From positions 9,734,001 to 9,798,000 of the forward strand of contig OX597837.1 in NCBI GenBank assembly GCA_951406725.2: 64,000 nt of DNA, in the 5' to 3' direction. Position numbers and translations under genes: made by a program. This stretch comes from Octopus vulgaris (taxonomy: Eukaryota). Below, one piece after another: positions 44,313 to 60,155 of this stretch. The notes below the pieces were generated by a model. That model was given only the letters and a program-made list of their open reading frames with translations. It did not search any database and was not told where the DNA came from. Position 1 is the stretch's first letter, and the number at the start of each line of letters is the position of its first letter.

Positions 44313-44562
44313 GGAGAAGGCTCGTGGCTTAATGGTTTGGCGATTGGCTCGTACGCTCGTGAGATCGTATGTTCGATTCCTGGGCCGAGCGGTTCGTTGT
44401 GCTCTTGGGCAAAACACTTCATTTCACGATGCTCCTGTCCACTCAGCTGTAAAGGGCTAACCCTGGGACTGACTAGTATTGCGATCACGGAGGGTGTTGG
44501 CCTGGCATCGTTCGAAAGCTAAAACGATGCAAAGTGCCTTGTGGCCGGTGATGTATAACAAT
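44313..44562 (+). mobile_element. Diverged SINE family B (tail type iii)
   Basis: Head plus gctaaaacgatgcaaagtgc.ttgtg.cc.g.gatgt tail as in 63745-63800. Confidence 0.6.
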
Positions 44563-45023
44563 ATATATATATCATATATATCACTTTGTGGTCTTATGCC
44601 CCAAATTTGATTGGCATTGCGTAAATAAGAAGAATGAGGTAATTTCCCATTAGCGACACAAGCCGAAGTTCATACTAGAGAATTTCAACACAACACCTTG
44701 ATGGATGAAAGCCACATCCGAGAATCTACATGACTTATCCTGCCTAATGTTATTTTTATACTTTCAGATCCATTGACATGTTCTAGCGACCATCGGAAGA
44801 CACCTCTGCTCGGGGTCATAACCCCCGTTTATTTCTCATAAATTAAGACAGACGTACTCACACATACAGAAAACAAATACAGATGCACGCACGCAAACGC
44901 ACACACACATACATACACAGACACAAACACACATATTATGAGTTTAGGTTTCTATATACATATATGTGTGTGTATCTATCCGCCAATCTATCTATATATA
45001 TATAGTTAGATAGATAGATAGAC

Positions 45024-45095
<72 letters not shown>

Positions 45096-45109
45096 GGCTA
45101 GATTATATA

Positions 45110-45272
45110 GACGCAGGCGAGGTTGTGTGGTTAGAATCTTTCTTCCCAACCACATTGTTCCGGATTTAGTCCCACTGCGTGGCACCTTGGACAAGTGTCT
45201 TCTACTATAGCTATAAGCCGATCAAAGCCTTGTGAGTGGATTTATTAGACGGAAACTGGAAGAAGCCTGTCA
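45110..45272 (+). mobile_element. SINE family C 5' half
   Basis: Matches 58914-59070. Confidence 0.8.
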
Positions 45273-45344
45273 TAATAATATATGTATATATATAATTTAA
45301 TCCAGCCGCCATACTTGATCGCTAAATCCACAAGTTCTTTTTTT

Positions 45345-45404
<60 letters not shown>

Positions 45405-45412
<8 letters not shown>

Positions 45413-45541
45413 ATTTTCTGTTGATGAGCGTAGGCTCGAAAAGTGAAAGACTTTCTCACTTTCCCGAGCGTCAAACTAATACACCTGTTTGTTGTTCATA
45501 TACCTCTCTTCGTCTTTTGTTTTTCTGTAAATTTCAACTCC
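45405..45541 (+). mobile_element. Short repeat family with hammerhead-like motif (copy 3)
   Basis: tttt CTGTTGA t GAGC gtag GCTC GAAA ag TG aaag. Confidence 0.55.
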
Positions 45542-45638
45542 ATATATATATATATGCATGCATAAGCCAGTTACAACCAATACGGAGACTGGTACATCTT
45601 CAAACTTATCTTTTAATTTTTCCTTAATTGGTTAATAT

Positions 45639-45717
45639 GACCGACACGTGTTTCTGCTGCATAGCGGATATGCATATGTAACCTGCTATTTACTACAACG
45701 CACCTTTCTTCAGCGTC
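45639..45717 (-). ncRNA. Hammerhead-like fold with long stem II
   Basis: Minus: gacg CTGAAGA [~50 nt with tgc/gca, atagc/gctat pairing] GAAA CACGTG TC ggtc; stem I is weak. Confidence 0.5.
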
Positions 45718-46021
45718 TTTCCACTAACGTAGTCTCAAGCAAACTGAGTTTATTTATGCGCGGCTAACGTGATTCGTTATTTTACTACAGTTTTATAGCA
45801 GGCTTCGTATATTTGTAACGTGCGAATTAGCTTGTTCATTTCTTTTTCTGAAAAACCCTACTTTCCCAGATTTTCAATTTGGCATTTACTCACAAAATCA
45901 AATGCACCAATTATTTTTAGTATAAACGTGAATTTATTTTCTGGGTAAAGAAACCGAAAGCTTCGAGGTACTTGTTTCTAGTTATCCTTTTTCTCTTTGA
46001 TTTTTGAAACGGCATATGAAA

Positions 46022-46092
<71 letters not shown>

Positions 46093-46189
46093 TGTATGTA
46101 TGTATGCATGCGCGTATGTATATGTGTGTATATATATATATGCGTGAACATATGTATGTGTGTGTATACATATAGAGAGAGAGATATAG

Positions 46190-46230
<41 letters not shown>

Positions 46231-46259
46231 GGTATGCAGAAAACGTTTGAGTATGTATG

Positions 46260-46339
<80 letters not shown>

Positions 46340-46575
46340 GTGTGTGTGTGTGTGATGTTGTGTAGGCGAATTCGTGCGCAGGCGCTTAAGTGTGTGATGT
46401 TATAGAGTGAATAACTTAATATATCACGATTAAATTATAAAATTGAATTTTAAATTTCTCTTATGAAATTTAATACCAATAACTAAAATATTTTTTATTG
46501 ATTTAAATTCAATTTTACTTTATTGAATTTTGTATTTTTACGCAGTTGGTCCTTATTATTATTATTATCATTATC

Positions 46576-46645
<70 letters not shown>

Positions 46646-46954
46646 TATATGTTTAGCATTTTTATTTGAATTCGATTTCGGATTTTTGAAAAATTATTAC
46701 TGGAGCAAAAAAAAAAGCAAAAACGAGAAGGCTTCAATAATTTTATATTTCAAACCTGAAAATAAAATGGAAATATAGTTTTTTAATGGATAGAAAAATA
46801 TGAAAATCGGTGTCTCAATATGTGTTTTAGTAATATGAAATTTTACTTGCTTTTAAAAATATTGGATGAAAAAATTCTCTTAGAGGAATTAATTCATAAT
46901 AATAAATTGCTCAAAAAAGAAAAAAAAATCCGGTCACTAGTCCTCAGAATTGCT

Positions 46955-47386
46955 AGAGCGAAAGACGTAATATTTTGCAGTATGCAGTCTTTATAGTTTA
47001 GTTACGAATGACTACGTTCTGAGTTCAAAACACACCCAACTACAGTTTATTTTCGTACTGATAGATCTGAAGTTTTTGGATTTAAATGACTTACTAGAGA
47101 TACCAAATTTACATCCTGCAGGCAGGATCTGGCCCACAACACTGTGTAGACAGGCCCCCCGGTTAAATTCCAGAGCGAAAGACGTAATATTTTGCAGTAT
47201 GCAGTCTTTATAGTTTTGTTACGAATGACTATGTTCTGAGTTCAAAACACACCCAACTCCAGTTTATTTTCATACTGATAAATCTTAAGTTCTTGAATTT
47301 AAATAACTTACTAGAGATACCAAATTTACATCCTGCAGGCAGGATCTGCTCCACGACAATGTGTAGACGGGACCCCCGGTTAAATT
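46955..47386. repeat. 217-bp tandem duplication (2 copies)
   Basis: agagcgaaagacgtaatattttgcag...ccggttaaatt starts at 46955 and 47172. Confidence 0.92.
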
Positions 47387-47399
47387 GTATAGCTTTCAG

Positions 47400-47800
47400 C
47401 TTTTATCTTTATTTGTTTGTCATTAGACTGCGGCCATGTTGGGGCACCGCCTTGAAAAATGCTTTTGAAAGCGTGTTACTTATTCTATTGGTCTCTTTTT
47501 TTACCGAAACGTTAGATTACGGGGACATAAACACACCAGTACCGGTTGTAAAGCGGTGGGGGGGAGACAAACGCAGATTCAACGATACACATACATAGGT
47601 ATCTATTTATACACACACATATATATATATACGTATATATATATGTATATATATTCATATGCATATACATATACATATATATGTGTGTGTGTGCGTGTAT
47701 ATATATATATATATGTATATATATATACGATGGGATTCTTTTAGTTTCCGTTTTCCAAATCCACCCGCAGATATAGCAGAAGACACTAGCCCAAGGTGAC
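47400..47800 (-). mobile_element. SINE family C (5'-deleted)
   Basis: gactgcggccatgttggggcaccgcc tail; ggggacataaacacacca body. Confidence 0.7.
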
Positions 47801-47803
47801 AAT

Positions 47804-48346
47804 GTGAGACCGTAGCGGATCTATTTCTAGTATATGGTTGTCCACATAGTAGTTTTCCCTCTAATATATATATATAATACTATTTTACTGAACCTTCAGT
47901 TTTTTTTTATGCTAGACCACTGGTTTGAAATCGATGTTAATTAAATTAATATCTAATTTCTCACCCTCATTTTAAATTTAAAATTAAATCAATAAGTTCT
48001 CTAACCGGTAAAAGCCACTGTAGTAAGATATTATCTGCAGCATCAGTTTTTCCAGTAATTTAGCGCGCCAAAACGAGGACATTTAAAATAGTAGCCACGA
48101 GTGTAATGGGTAGGACTATTTTACAGGTTGGACGGTCGTACCGATGATCTACGGAAAATTACGTAAGATTACGTAATTTGTTGATAGTGAAACATGTATA
48201 CGAATAATCCATATTTTTATTACTTTTCCTTTTGTCTTGCTCGATTACGTTTTTCTTGCGAACATTTCTTGGTGGTGAGACCGTAGCAGATCTATTTCTA
48301 GCATATGGGTGTCCACATAGTGGTTTTCCCTCTAATATATATATAT
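47804..48346 (+). mobile_element. Small element with ~70-bp direct terminal repeats and internal hammerhead
   Basis: gtgagaccgtagc.gatctatttctag.atatgg.tgtccacatagt.gttttccctctaatat at 47804 and 48275 (period 471). Confidence 0.7.
48136..48203 (+). ncRNA. Type-I hammerhead (U4C variant) with extended stem II
   Basis: tcgta CCGATGA tctacgga aaattacgtaa ga ttacgtaattt gttgatagt GAAA CATG TA tacga. Confidence 0.68.
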
Positions 48347-48358
48347 GTGTGTTTGGAT

Positions 48359-48410
<52 letters not shown>

Positions 48411-48451
48411 CATATATACACATACATATATATATATACACATACATATAT

Positions 48452-48497
<46 letters not shown>

Positions 48498-48866
48498 GCA
48501 TACATATATATGAATGAAGTATTCCATACTTTTGACTGTTCGTTTAATATATTGTATTATTCTTATCGGTTGTTCGTGTTGTTGTTCTTGTTGCTGTGGT
48601 TGTCGTTCTCGTCCTTGTTACTTTTGTTGTTGTTGACATTGTTGTTGCTACTGTTGTTGTTGTTGTTGTTACTGTCGTCGTTTCAACCTCGAGCTGCAGG
48701 AAGACAAAAACAAAAACAAAAACAAAAAAGAATTCAGACACAAAAGAATTGTTTCGATCAGAATAATAATGTAGAGTCACAGAAAATTGATGATATACAT
48801 ATAAAATATACACACACACACATACATTCATACACACATGTATATTATATATAATATATACATATA

Positions 48867-48903
<37 letters not shown>

Positions 48904-48965
48904 TACATATATACATATATATATATACATATATATACGTACATATATACATATATATGTTCATA

Positions 48966-48997
<32 letters not shown>

Positions 48998-49009
48998 CAT
49001 ATATATATG

Positions 49010-49064
<55 letters not shown>

Positions 49065-49209
49065 GTATATGATGATCGCTGCTCAATATTAAATGTAGCT
49101 CGGCGCTAATATCTTATTAATACAGTTCCACTTCATACGGATGAATTAATGAAGTGCTAACAAATTGATTGATTCGTCACATCGCCGTCATAAACAACTT
49201 TCCTTCTCC

Positions 49210-49252
49210 ATCACCCCATCGCCATCATTACCATCGCCGTCGTCGTCATCAC

Positions 49253-49328
<76 letters not shown>

Positions 49329-49482
49329 GTCATCATCATCATCATCATCATCATCATTATCATCGTCATCATCACCATCATCATCATCATCATCATCGTC
49401 ATCATCACCATCATCATCATCATCATCACCATCATCATCATCGTCATCATCACCATCATCATCTTCATCCTCATCATCGTCG

Positions 49483-49529
<47 letters not shown>

Positions 49530-49660
49530 GTCATCGTCACCATCATCATCATCACCACCACCATCATCATCATCATCATCATCATCATCGTCATCATCAT
49601 TTTCTTCATCGTAGTCGTTCTCATAACCATCCCCATCGTTATCATTATCGTCATTTACAT
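49210..49660. repeat. (CAT)n microsatellite
   Basis: Directly visible; source of the poly-His/Ser/Met ORFs. Confidence 0.95.
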
Positions 49661-49839
49661 CGTCGGTCGTCTTCGTCGATTATCTACAACATACAGGGTC
49701 CCGCTAAATATCTCCACACCACCGTTACCACTACAGAAAAGAGTTAGTTGTATAAAACCTGGGGCGTATGGGGTGGCGGAGTCTTGTAGGGCTCTACATC
49801 TTTCAGTTTCTTGTAATATTTTATTTTATTTAGAAAACA

Positions 49840-50245
49840 TTGAGCTGACAGAATCGTAAGTACACCGGAAAAAATACCTGACAGCATTTCATCCTTGCGA
49901 CTATTTCGTCCGTACCAGTTGTGTACTGGGGTCGATGTAATTGAATAGCCCTCTCTCCACAAAATTTCAGCCCTTGTGTCTATAGCAGAAAGAAATATTT
50001 CATTGAAGTAAGGCAGCGAGATGGCAGAATCGTTAGCAATCGCGAGAAAAAACACGCTTAACGGTATTTCGTCTGTACCAGTTGAATATTGGGGTCGATG
50101 TAATTGAAACTCCATCCTCACCAGTCCCCACAAAATTTCAGCACTTGTGCCTATAGTAGAAAGGAATATTTCATTTTAGCAAGGCAGCGAGATGGCAGAA
50201 TCTTTAGCATGCCGGAGAAAATGCTGAACGGTATTTCGTCCGCCT
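49840..50245 (+). mobile_element. Tandem diverged family A-related SINEs
   Basis: aggcagcgagatggcagaatc.ttagca head and ggggtcgatgtaattgaa body repeated. Confidence 0.7.
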
Positions 50246-50296
50246 TTATATATATACGTGTGTGTGTGTGTGTGTGTGCGTATGTATGTCTGTGTC

Positions 50297-50762
<466 letters not shown>

Positions 50763-50951
50763 GGGGTCCGCAGACCCCAGGATGGAAACAGCTACTATTG
50801 AATATATTCCTTGAGCTCATTGAGATTTTGAGGGGCTGTTTTTTTCGTCATCTTTTGTTGTAGGCACAGATATAGCTTTGTGCAACGGAGTGGTATCAGG
50901 CTCAGTTCCACAGGAGCCTGTCATACATATTAATGCGTGTGTACGTTTGTA

Positions 50952-51680
<729 letters not shown>

Positions 51681-52085
51681 GATTATAAATCTTTTATTAC
51701 TACTTTTGTTCCTTTCTCAACTTTTTTTTATTTTTCTTATCGTTTCTTTCCCTCTTTTAACGTATTTCATTTATTTATATATACACATATATATATTTTT
51801 TCTTTTTATATTTTCCATGTTTCTATATTAAATTAGTCAATCGCTTTTTGCTTATTTCTGATTATTTTAGATCCACCGTCATAGTTCGTCTATTTTCACA
51901 AAGCCCCTTCCTCCCTACAGACAGGACAGGTTTATTTTATCTGCATCAATTTTTAGAATACTAGCGTAACAATACATCGATTGGTTTTTCCATTTCCCCA
52001 CCCCACCCCCACCTCCTATCTAAGCTCTTCACCTCACTTAACTTCCAATTTATTATGATTAATCTATTGTTCATCACCGAAATGG

Positions 52086-52134
<49 letters not shown>

Positions 52135-52241
52135 TGTATGTATGTATGTATGTATGTATGTATATATATCACTATTATCAAGTATGTTATGTTCACGTCT
52201 GTTATTTTCTACCTCCACCTTGCTTAACTCGTCAACCAAAC

Positions 52242-52292
<51 letters not shown>

Positions 52293-52304
52293 TATGTATA
52301 TATA

Positions 52305-52357
<53 letters not shown>

Positions 52358-52428
52358 GTGTATATATATATATATACATATATATGTATATAAATAAAAA
52401 CTTACTTTGAGGCACATGTATATATATA

Positions 52429-52506
<78 letters not shown>

Positions 52507-52673
52507 TATATATGCATATATATATATATGTAGGTAGATAGATAGATATACATATATATATATATACACACACATATATATGGGTATATACCCACAATAC
52601 CTGGCACTGAGTTCGTTTTAATACAATATATATACGTATATATACGTATATATACAATATATATATATGTATG

Positions 52674-52720
<47 letters not shown>

Positions 52721-53339
52721 GTATACATATATATATATATACATATATATATGAGTATATATATACATATATATATATACATACATACATGTATATATGT
52801 GTGTATATATATACATATATATATGTGTGTATATATATACATATATATATATGTGTGTATATATATACACACATATACACATATATACATATTAATCTGG
52901 CTCTCTTTTGTAATGCGATTTACTAATTTTCTCCTTCGTCTCTCTATGTTGTATCCTATCAGATTTATTTCGTCCTAATTACTTCTTTTGGGTATTTCTC
53001 TTCTAATCTCTGAGTTCCCACCGTCGTCTACACATATTTTTAGACTTCTATTTCCATTTTATCGTTGCCACTGTTGTTGTTGGTGGTGGTGTTGTTATTG
53101 TTATTGTTGTTGTTGGTGGTGTTGTTATTGTTGTTGTTGTTGTTGTTGTTGTTGTTATTGTTGTTGTTGTTGTTGTTGTCTGCTACTATTTCTCTCTCGT
53201 TTTGACCTTTCCTAAACCATTTTCCTTGGTGGAATTAACTTCCAGATTACCATATACTGCCTCGTTCTTGTGTTCTTGTTCTTGCTTTACTTTTTCTTTT
53301 CTTCTTTTTTCTTTCTTTTTTTTTTCTCCTTTCCACTTC

Positions 53340-53560
53340 TTTCAGTTATTGTTCTGCGGCCATGCTGGAGCGCCACTTTGAAAAGCTTAACCGAACAAGT
53401 CGACTCCAGAACTTGTTCTTTTAATATTTTTCTTCGAAATTTGCTACTTATTCCATCGAGTCCTTTTACTGAACAGTTAGGTCACAGGGACGTAAGACAA
53501 CAAACACCGGTTGTAAGGTGCGGTGCGAGTTGGCAGCTACAAAAGCAAACCAAAAAACTC
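53340..53560 (-). mobile_element. Diverged SINE family C 3' half
   Basis: ctgcggccatgctggagcgccac tail motif. Confidence 0.6.
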
Positions 53561-53574
53561 GAACATTCTTAAGT

Positions 53575-54318
53575 CCGAGGTTTATTTTTCAACGTGGCCC
53601 CCCTTGCGATCCATACACTTCTATCATTGGTGAAGAAAATTTCATCATGTTGGCCATACAAGCCATCAATAGCAGATTTGTTTGTTTGTTCCTTCTCGAG
53701 CCATGCCTGGCTCATAAGGGACGGTTTCCCGGTTTCGTTGGCGTATAGGTTCCCCACCTGGACGGGACGCCGGTCCGTCGCAGGTGAGCTGCAAAATGCA
53801 GGAAGAAAGATTGAGAGAAAGTTGTGGCGAAGGAGTCAGCAGAAGTTCGCCATTACCTTCTGCCGGAGCCGCGTGGAGCTTAGGTGTTTCGCTCAAAAAC
53901 ACACACATCGCCTGGTCTGGGATTCGAACCCGCGATCCCTCGACCGCGAGTCTGCTGTTCCAACCACTAGGCCATGTGCCTCCACGAATAGCAGATTTGA
54001 CCTTACCGTCACTGCGATACCGGTGACCAGTGATATGTTTTTCATGTTAGGGTACAGATGATAGTCAAATGGGGCCATATCAGGAGAATATGAACGGTGG
54101 TCAACCAGTTCCAAGCTACAGTCACGCACAGCGGTAATTGAAACCAAGGACTTGTGCACTGGAGCCTTGTCCGGATGAAACAAGTCCACTGTCGTCAGTT
54201 TTCCAGATAGTTTGATCTTGATAGCTTTTTGTAATTGTCTCAGCAAGCTAGTATAGAACCCTCCACTGATGGTGTGGCCCTTTGGAAAATAGTCAGTAAA
54301 CACGATTCCTTTTGCATT
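53575..54318 (-). pseudogene. Mariner (Tc1/mariner) transposase C-terminal fragment, interrupted by a SINE
   Basis: AKGIVFTDYFPKGHTISGGFY...LFHPDKAPVHKS...LVDHRSYSPDMAPFDYHLYPNMK; resumes beyond the SINE as KSAID...FF and, frameshifted, KCMDRKGGHVEK*. Confidence 0.88.
53681..53986 (-). mobile_element. SINE family B (tail ii) with 13-bp TSD
   Basis: TSD aatagcagatttg at 53668-53680 and 53987-53999. Confidence 0.9.
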
Positions 54319-54458
54319 CCGTCTACCAAATCCACTCACAAGGCTTTATTCGGCTCCAGGCTATAGTAGAAGACACTTGCCCAAGGTGCCACGCAGTGGG
54401 ACTGAACCTGCAATTATGTGGTTGGTAAGCAAACTACTTACCACACAGCCACTCCTGC
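54318..54458 (-). mobile_element. SINE family C 5' half
   Basis: Minus gcaggagtggctgtgtggtaagtagtttgcttaccaaccac. Confidence 0.82.
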
Positions 54459-56123
<1,665 letters not shown>

Positions 56124-56855
56124 CACTCAGACAAATAGACAGACAGATAAACAGACAGAGAGACAGACAGTGAGACAGACAGATAGACGGATTTAAAATG
56201 GTGATAGAAAAGAAACAAGACAATACAAAAGATGTAAAAAAAAAAAGGAAGGAAAATAAGAGGTGACCAAGAAAGAAAGAAATACAAAAGAAACTTTACG
56301 AAAGAAATAAAGAACGAGATAAATAAAGAAACGAAAACAAAAATAATTAAACAAACAAATAATTAAATAAATAAATAAATAGACACACAAATAAATAATT
56401 GTAAGATTGCGGAAAGTTAATCAAAGCAGAAGTCTGGCGTTGAATGATGAATCAATAAAACATAATTACGTGATGTGATCAAAAGTTTCAACTTTAGCTC
56501 TGATTAATGTCCAGTCTGTTATGGGCAGAAGGGAGAGGAGGTCAACGAACGGCTTCTTCTGTTCGTTTTAGTTCCGTGTGATTTTTTACTGGTTTCTGTG
56601 TTAAGATAATCACAGCGAAAGATGTTTGTTATTTTTCACTGTTTGAGTCCCCGTGTAATGCACTCGTTTTTCATTTTCCTTGTTAGACTATTTTTGAAGA
56701 GATGTAGGTGTTGTGTGCCAATCAAAAATCCGTTTGAACTGATCGTAAACTCTCTCTGTCTCTGTCTTTCCATCTAACGAACGCAGAGCTTGTCAGTGCC
56801 ACTGTTGCTGTGGATCTTACCAATGGCTGGCTGTTAATATCTTCCTTGTTCTGAA

Positions 56856-57152
56856 GGTGGCGAGCTGGCAGAAACGTTAGCACGCCGGGCGAAATGCTTT
56901 GCGGTATTTCGTCTGCCGTTACGTTCTGAGTTCAAATTCCGCCGAGGTCGACTTTGCCTTTCATCCTTTCAGGTCGATTAAATAAGTACCAGTTACGCGC
57001 TGGGGTCGATATAATCCACTTAATCCGTTAGTCTGTCCTTGTTTGTCCCCTCTGTGTTTAGCCCCTTGTGAGTAGTAAAGAAATAGGTATTTCGTCTGTC
57101 TTTATGTTCTGAGTTCAAATTCCGCCGAGGTCGACTTTGCCTTTCATCCTTT
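56856..57152 (+). mobile_element. SINE family A with partial tandem second unit
   Basis: ggtggcgagctggcagaaacgttagcacgccgggcg... Confidence 0.88.
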
Positions 57153-57450
57153 CAGTCCTGGTTTAAGACTAATGTTGCTGTAATTTAGCCCCAGGAGACA
57201 TCGTCTCCAGCTGGCTATACGACACGATCTGTGTCCTTATATTTTCGAACAAGGGAATCTAGCACCCCTACTCAGCTCAGAACAATATCTGTGTATCGTG
57301 ATTTCTGGATTATTTCTCTTCATCAGCACAGAATAATCGTTCGGCTAGAGGTGGTGCTGCTAAATTCCTAGCTGAAGACGATATCACCTGGGGCTAAATT
57401 ACCACAACATTAGTCCTAAACCAGGACTGCCATGTAATGTTGGCAAACAA
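57153..57450. mobile_element. Foldback element centred on a hammerhead (inverted PLE terminal-repeat-like)
   Basis: 57153-57212 and 57371-57429 are ~60-bp inverted repeats; homologous single copy at 30482-30680. Confidence 0.72.
57288..57332 (-). ncRNA. Type-I hammerhead, canonical core
   Basis: Minus: tctgtg CTGATGA agagaaataatcca GAAA tcacga TA cacaga; 6-bp stem I, weak stem II. Confidence 0.65.
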
Positions 57451-57519
57451 CCTTTACTAGCTCTCAACCGGTCAGGTAGATTGAGTTCAGCTTTCATTGT
57501 TATTTAAAAGAGTTCAACA

Positions 57520-57850
57520 GTAGAGTAGGTACCCTGTAGAGCTTATGCTTCCTGTACTAATATCCGATTCCCAGGCCTTCCTCTGGTGCTTTTCATTCAG
57601 TAGTTCTGCCACAGCTTTCAGGGGACTTTCACTGGCGATGTTATATATTTTTGAAGAGAGGTTTGCACAGCATTCTTTCGGTATGACTTCCAACCATACA
57701 GCATCGTAACTGCAATTCTTATTTATATCCCAGATTAACCCCTTTTCGAATGACTTCAAATCATCTTAGGAACGAACAATAACAACCCCTCCATGTTTAT
57801 AGGCCTTTCATACGGCGAAATACTGTTTATGAACTTGATGTAAATTTAAG
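57520..57850 (-). pseudogene. Possible decayed LINE AP-endonuclease fragment
   Basis: KQYFAV*KAYKHGGVVIVRS*DDLK...YDAVWLEV resembles the GGV..Y and E.IW.E motifs of APE domains. Confidence 0.35.
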
Positions 57851-58403
57851 GCTGCTTTTAACACCTACATTCTTGTAATTTTATAGGAAAGCAAAACTTT
57901 TATGTTACCGCTCGTGGTTTGCGCTTAAGGGCAATTAATTGACTTGTAAAGTGTCTCGTGCTGACATTTCCCATAGATCCGAATAATCTAACATAAAGCC
58001 ACAGCTGGTCGCTTGTGAATTCATTATTTACTTCACCTTCAACACTACTTCTCAACTGTTCGACGTTTTCCATGAGTGCCTTGATGTTTATTTATTTGTT
58101 TATCTATGAGAAAGAGCGAGGGGAGAGGGGGAGAAAAAGGAGGGCGAGGTAATCCATTCGTGTTTTAATATTTCGATCGCTTTCATTTACCGCCATCTGT
58201 TGGCTGTTAGACTTTGCAACATCATACAATCGGACGTTTAATGTCCACAGATCGGGCGCTTGATGTTCTTCACCCACTGGGTCGATCACTCGATAATGCC
58301 AAGTGAGTCGACTTCCTATCGACTTCGTGTCGTAATCGTCCTTTCATTTATTGCCTTATTGATATAAATATTAAGAGTTCTTCTTAACGCTTTGAAACCG
58401 CGT

Positions 58404-58578
58404 GTACACTTCAGCGGACACGATTTCATTTCACAATTCCCTTGGAACACACAAAAGCATAAACATCATTTCCACCGTTATTTTCGGCCATAAACGAGAA
58501 AAAAAAACACCATGTGGCCTTCCGCTTTTGCGTCTTCCAAGGATATAGCGAAATGAAATCGTGCCCGCTAAAGCGTGC
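58404..58578. mobile_element. MITE-like foldback with ~55-bp imperfect inverted repeats
   Basis: cttcagcggacacgatttcatttc...ccttggaa.ac.caaaagc versus gcttttgcgtcttccaagg...gaaatgaaatcgtgcccgctaaag. Confidence 0.6.
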
Positions 58579-58797
58579 GAGAGTATCAGGGAGGCTAAAT
58601 CTTATGTGAGCGGTGTGTTGAGCTGTTTGCAGCCTTCCGTTTACAGCATGTCGATGCGAGCGCAGGAGTTGATTAGTTGTCGGAAGTGAAAAGTTCAACG
58701 TTTCAGATTATTGCTCTTCTTTAGGAAGGAAGTATGCAGTTATTAGTGTTACAGACAAAATTTTGCCTCGTAACAACAATCACGGTATTAATCTCTT

Positions 58798-58854
<57 letters not shown>

Positions 58855-58913
58855 TAGACAGATAGACAGACAGAAGGACAGAAAGAAAGAAAGAAACTTA
58901 GAAAGAGGTTCTT

Positions 58914-59096
58914 GAGTGGCTGTGTGGTAAGAAGCTTGCTTTTCAACCACATGGTTCCGGGTTCAGTCCCACTGCGTGGCACCTTGGGCAAGTGTCTTCT
59001 ATTATAGCCTCGAGCCGACCAAAGCCTTGTGAGTAGATTTGGCAGACAGAAACTGAAAGAAGCCCATCGTGTATACAAACATATATACATGTGTGT

Positions 59097-59179
<83 letters not shown>

Positions 59180-59402
59180 TGTTTCTGTCTGTGATTGTTC
59201 CTCCCATCATCACTTGACAACCGATATTGGCGTGTTGATGTCACCGAAACGTAGCGGTTCAGCAGATCAGACCCGATAAAATAAATGCTAGAATTACAAA
59301 GAATAAGTCCTGGGGTTCGATTTCTCCGACTAAAAGCCGGTGCTCTAGCATGGCTGCAGCCAAACGGCTGACACGTGTAAAAGAGTAAAAGAGTAAAAGA
59401 GT
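58914..59402 (+). mobile_element. SINE family C, full length, (GTAAAAGA)n tail
   Basis: tRNA-like head, internal (TG)n, LINE-like 3' end. Confidence 0.88.
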
Positions 59403-59584
59403 GAAGTGTGAAACAGAAAGGATGGAAGGAAGGAAGGAGAGAAAAGATGAGACATTAAGTGCGAACACTTCATTAGAGAGACCCGTTTTTCTATCTTATA
59501 CAGGTGCGCGTGTGCATGATTGTGTGTGTGTGTGTGTGTGTGTGCGTTGTGTGTCTCCGTGTGTGTCGATGACAGCGTATATAA

Positions 59585-59629
<45 letters not shown>

Positions 59630-59669
59630 CACATACATATGTACTTATATAAATATATATAAATACATA

Positions 59670-59708
<39 letters not shown>

Positions 59709-59909
59709 CAGAAGGGTGAAAAAGCTTTTTATTGTATTTCTGGCTCCAACAATCACGTTCCATGTCTTTTCAAACAAAGATACATATACCCATACACAAA
59801 TACTCACACACACACACACATACACACACACAAATGCAGTAACATGTGCTTCGATACGCTAACGTGTGCACTTGCTCATTTGTGTATCCTCATATACATA
59901 ATGTGTATG

Positions 59910-59940
<31 letters not shown>

Positions 59941-60096
59941 GTGTGGGTCTGTATAAATATATATGTATATAGATAGATAGAGATAGATAGAGAGAGAGAG
60001 AGAGACAGACAGACAAACAGACAGATAGATACATCTACATATATATACACACACATATATGTGTGTACTTACTTATTTACATATGTAAATACACAG

Positions 60097-60155
<59 letters not shown>

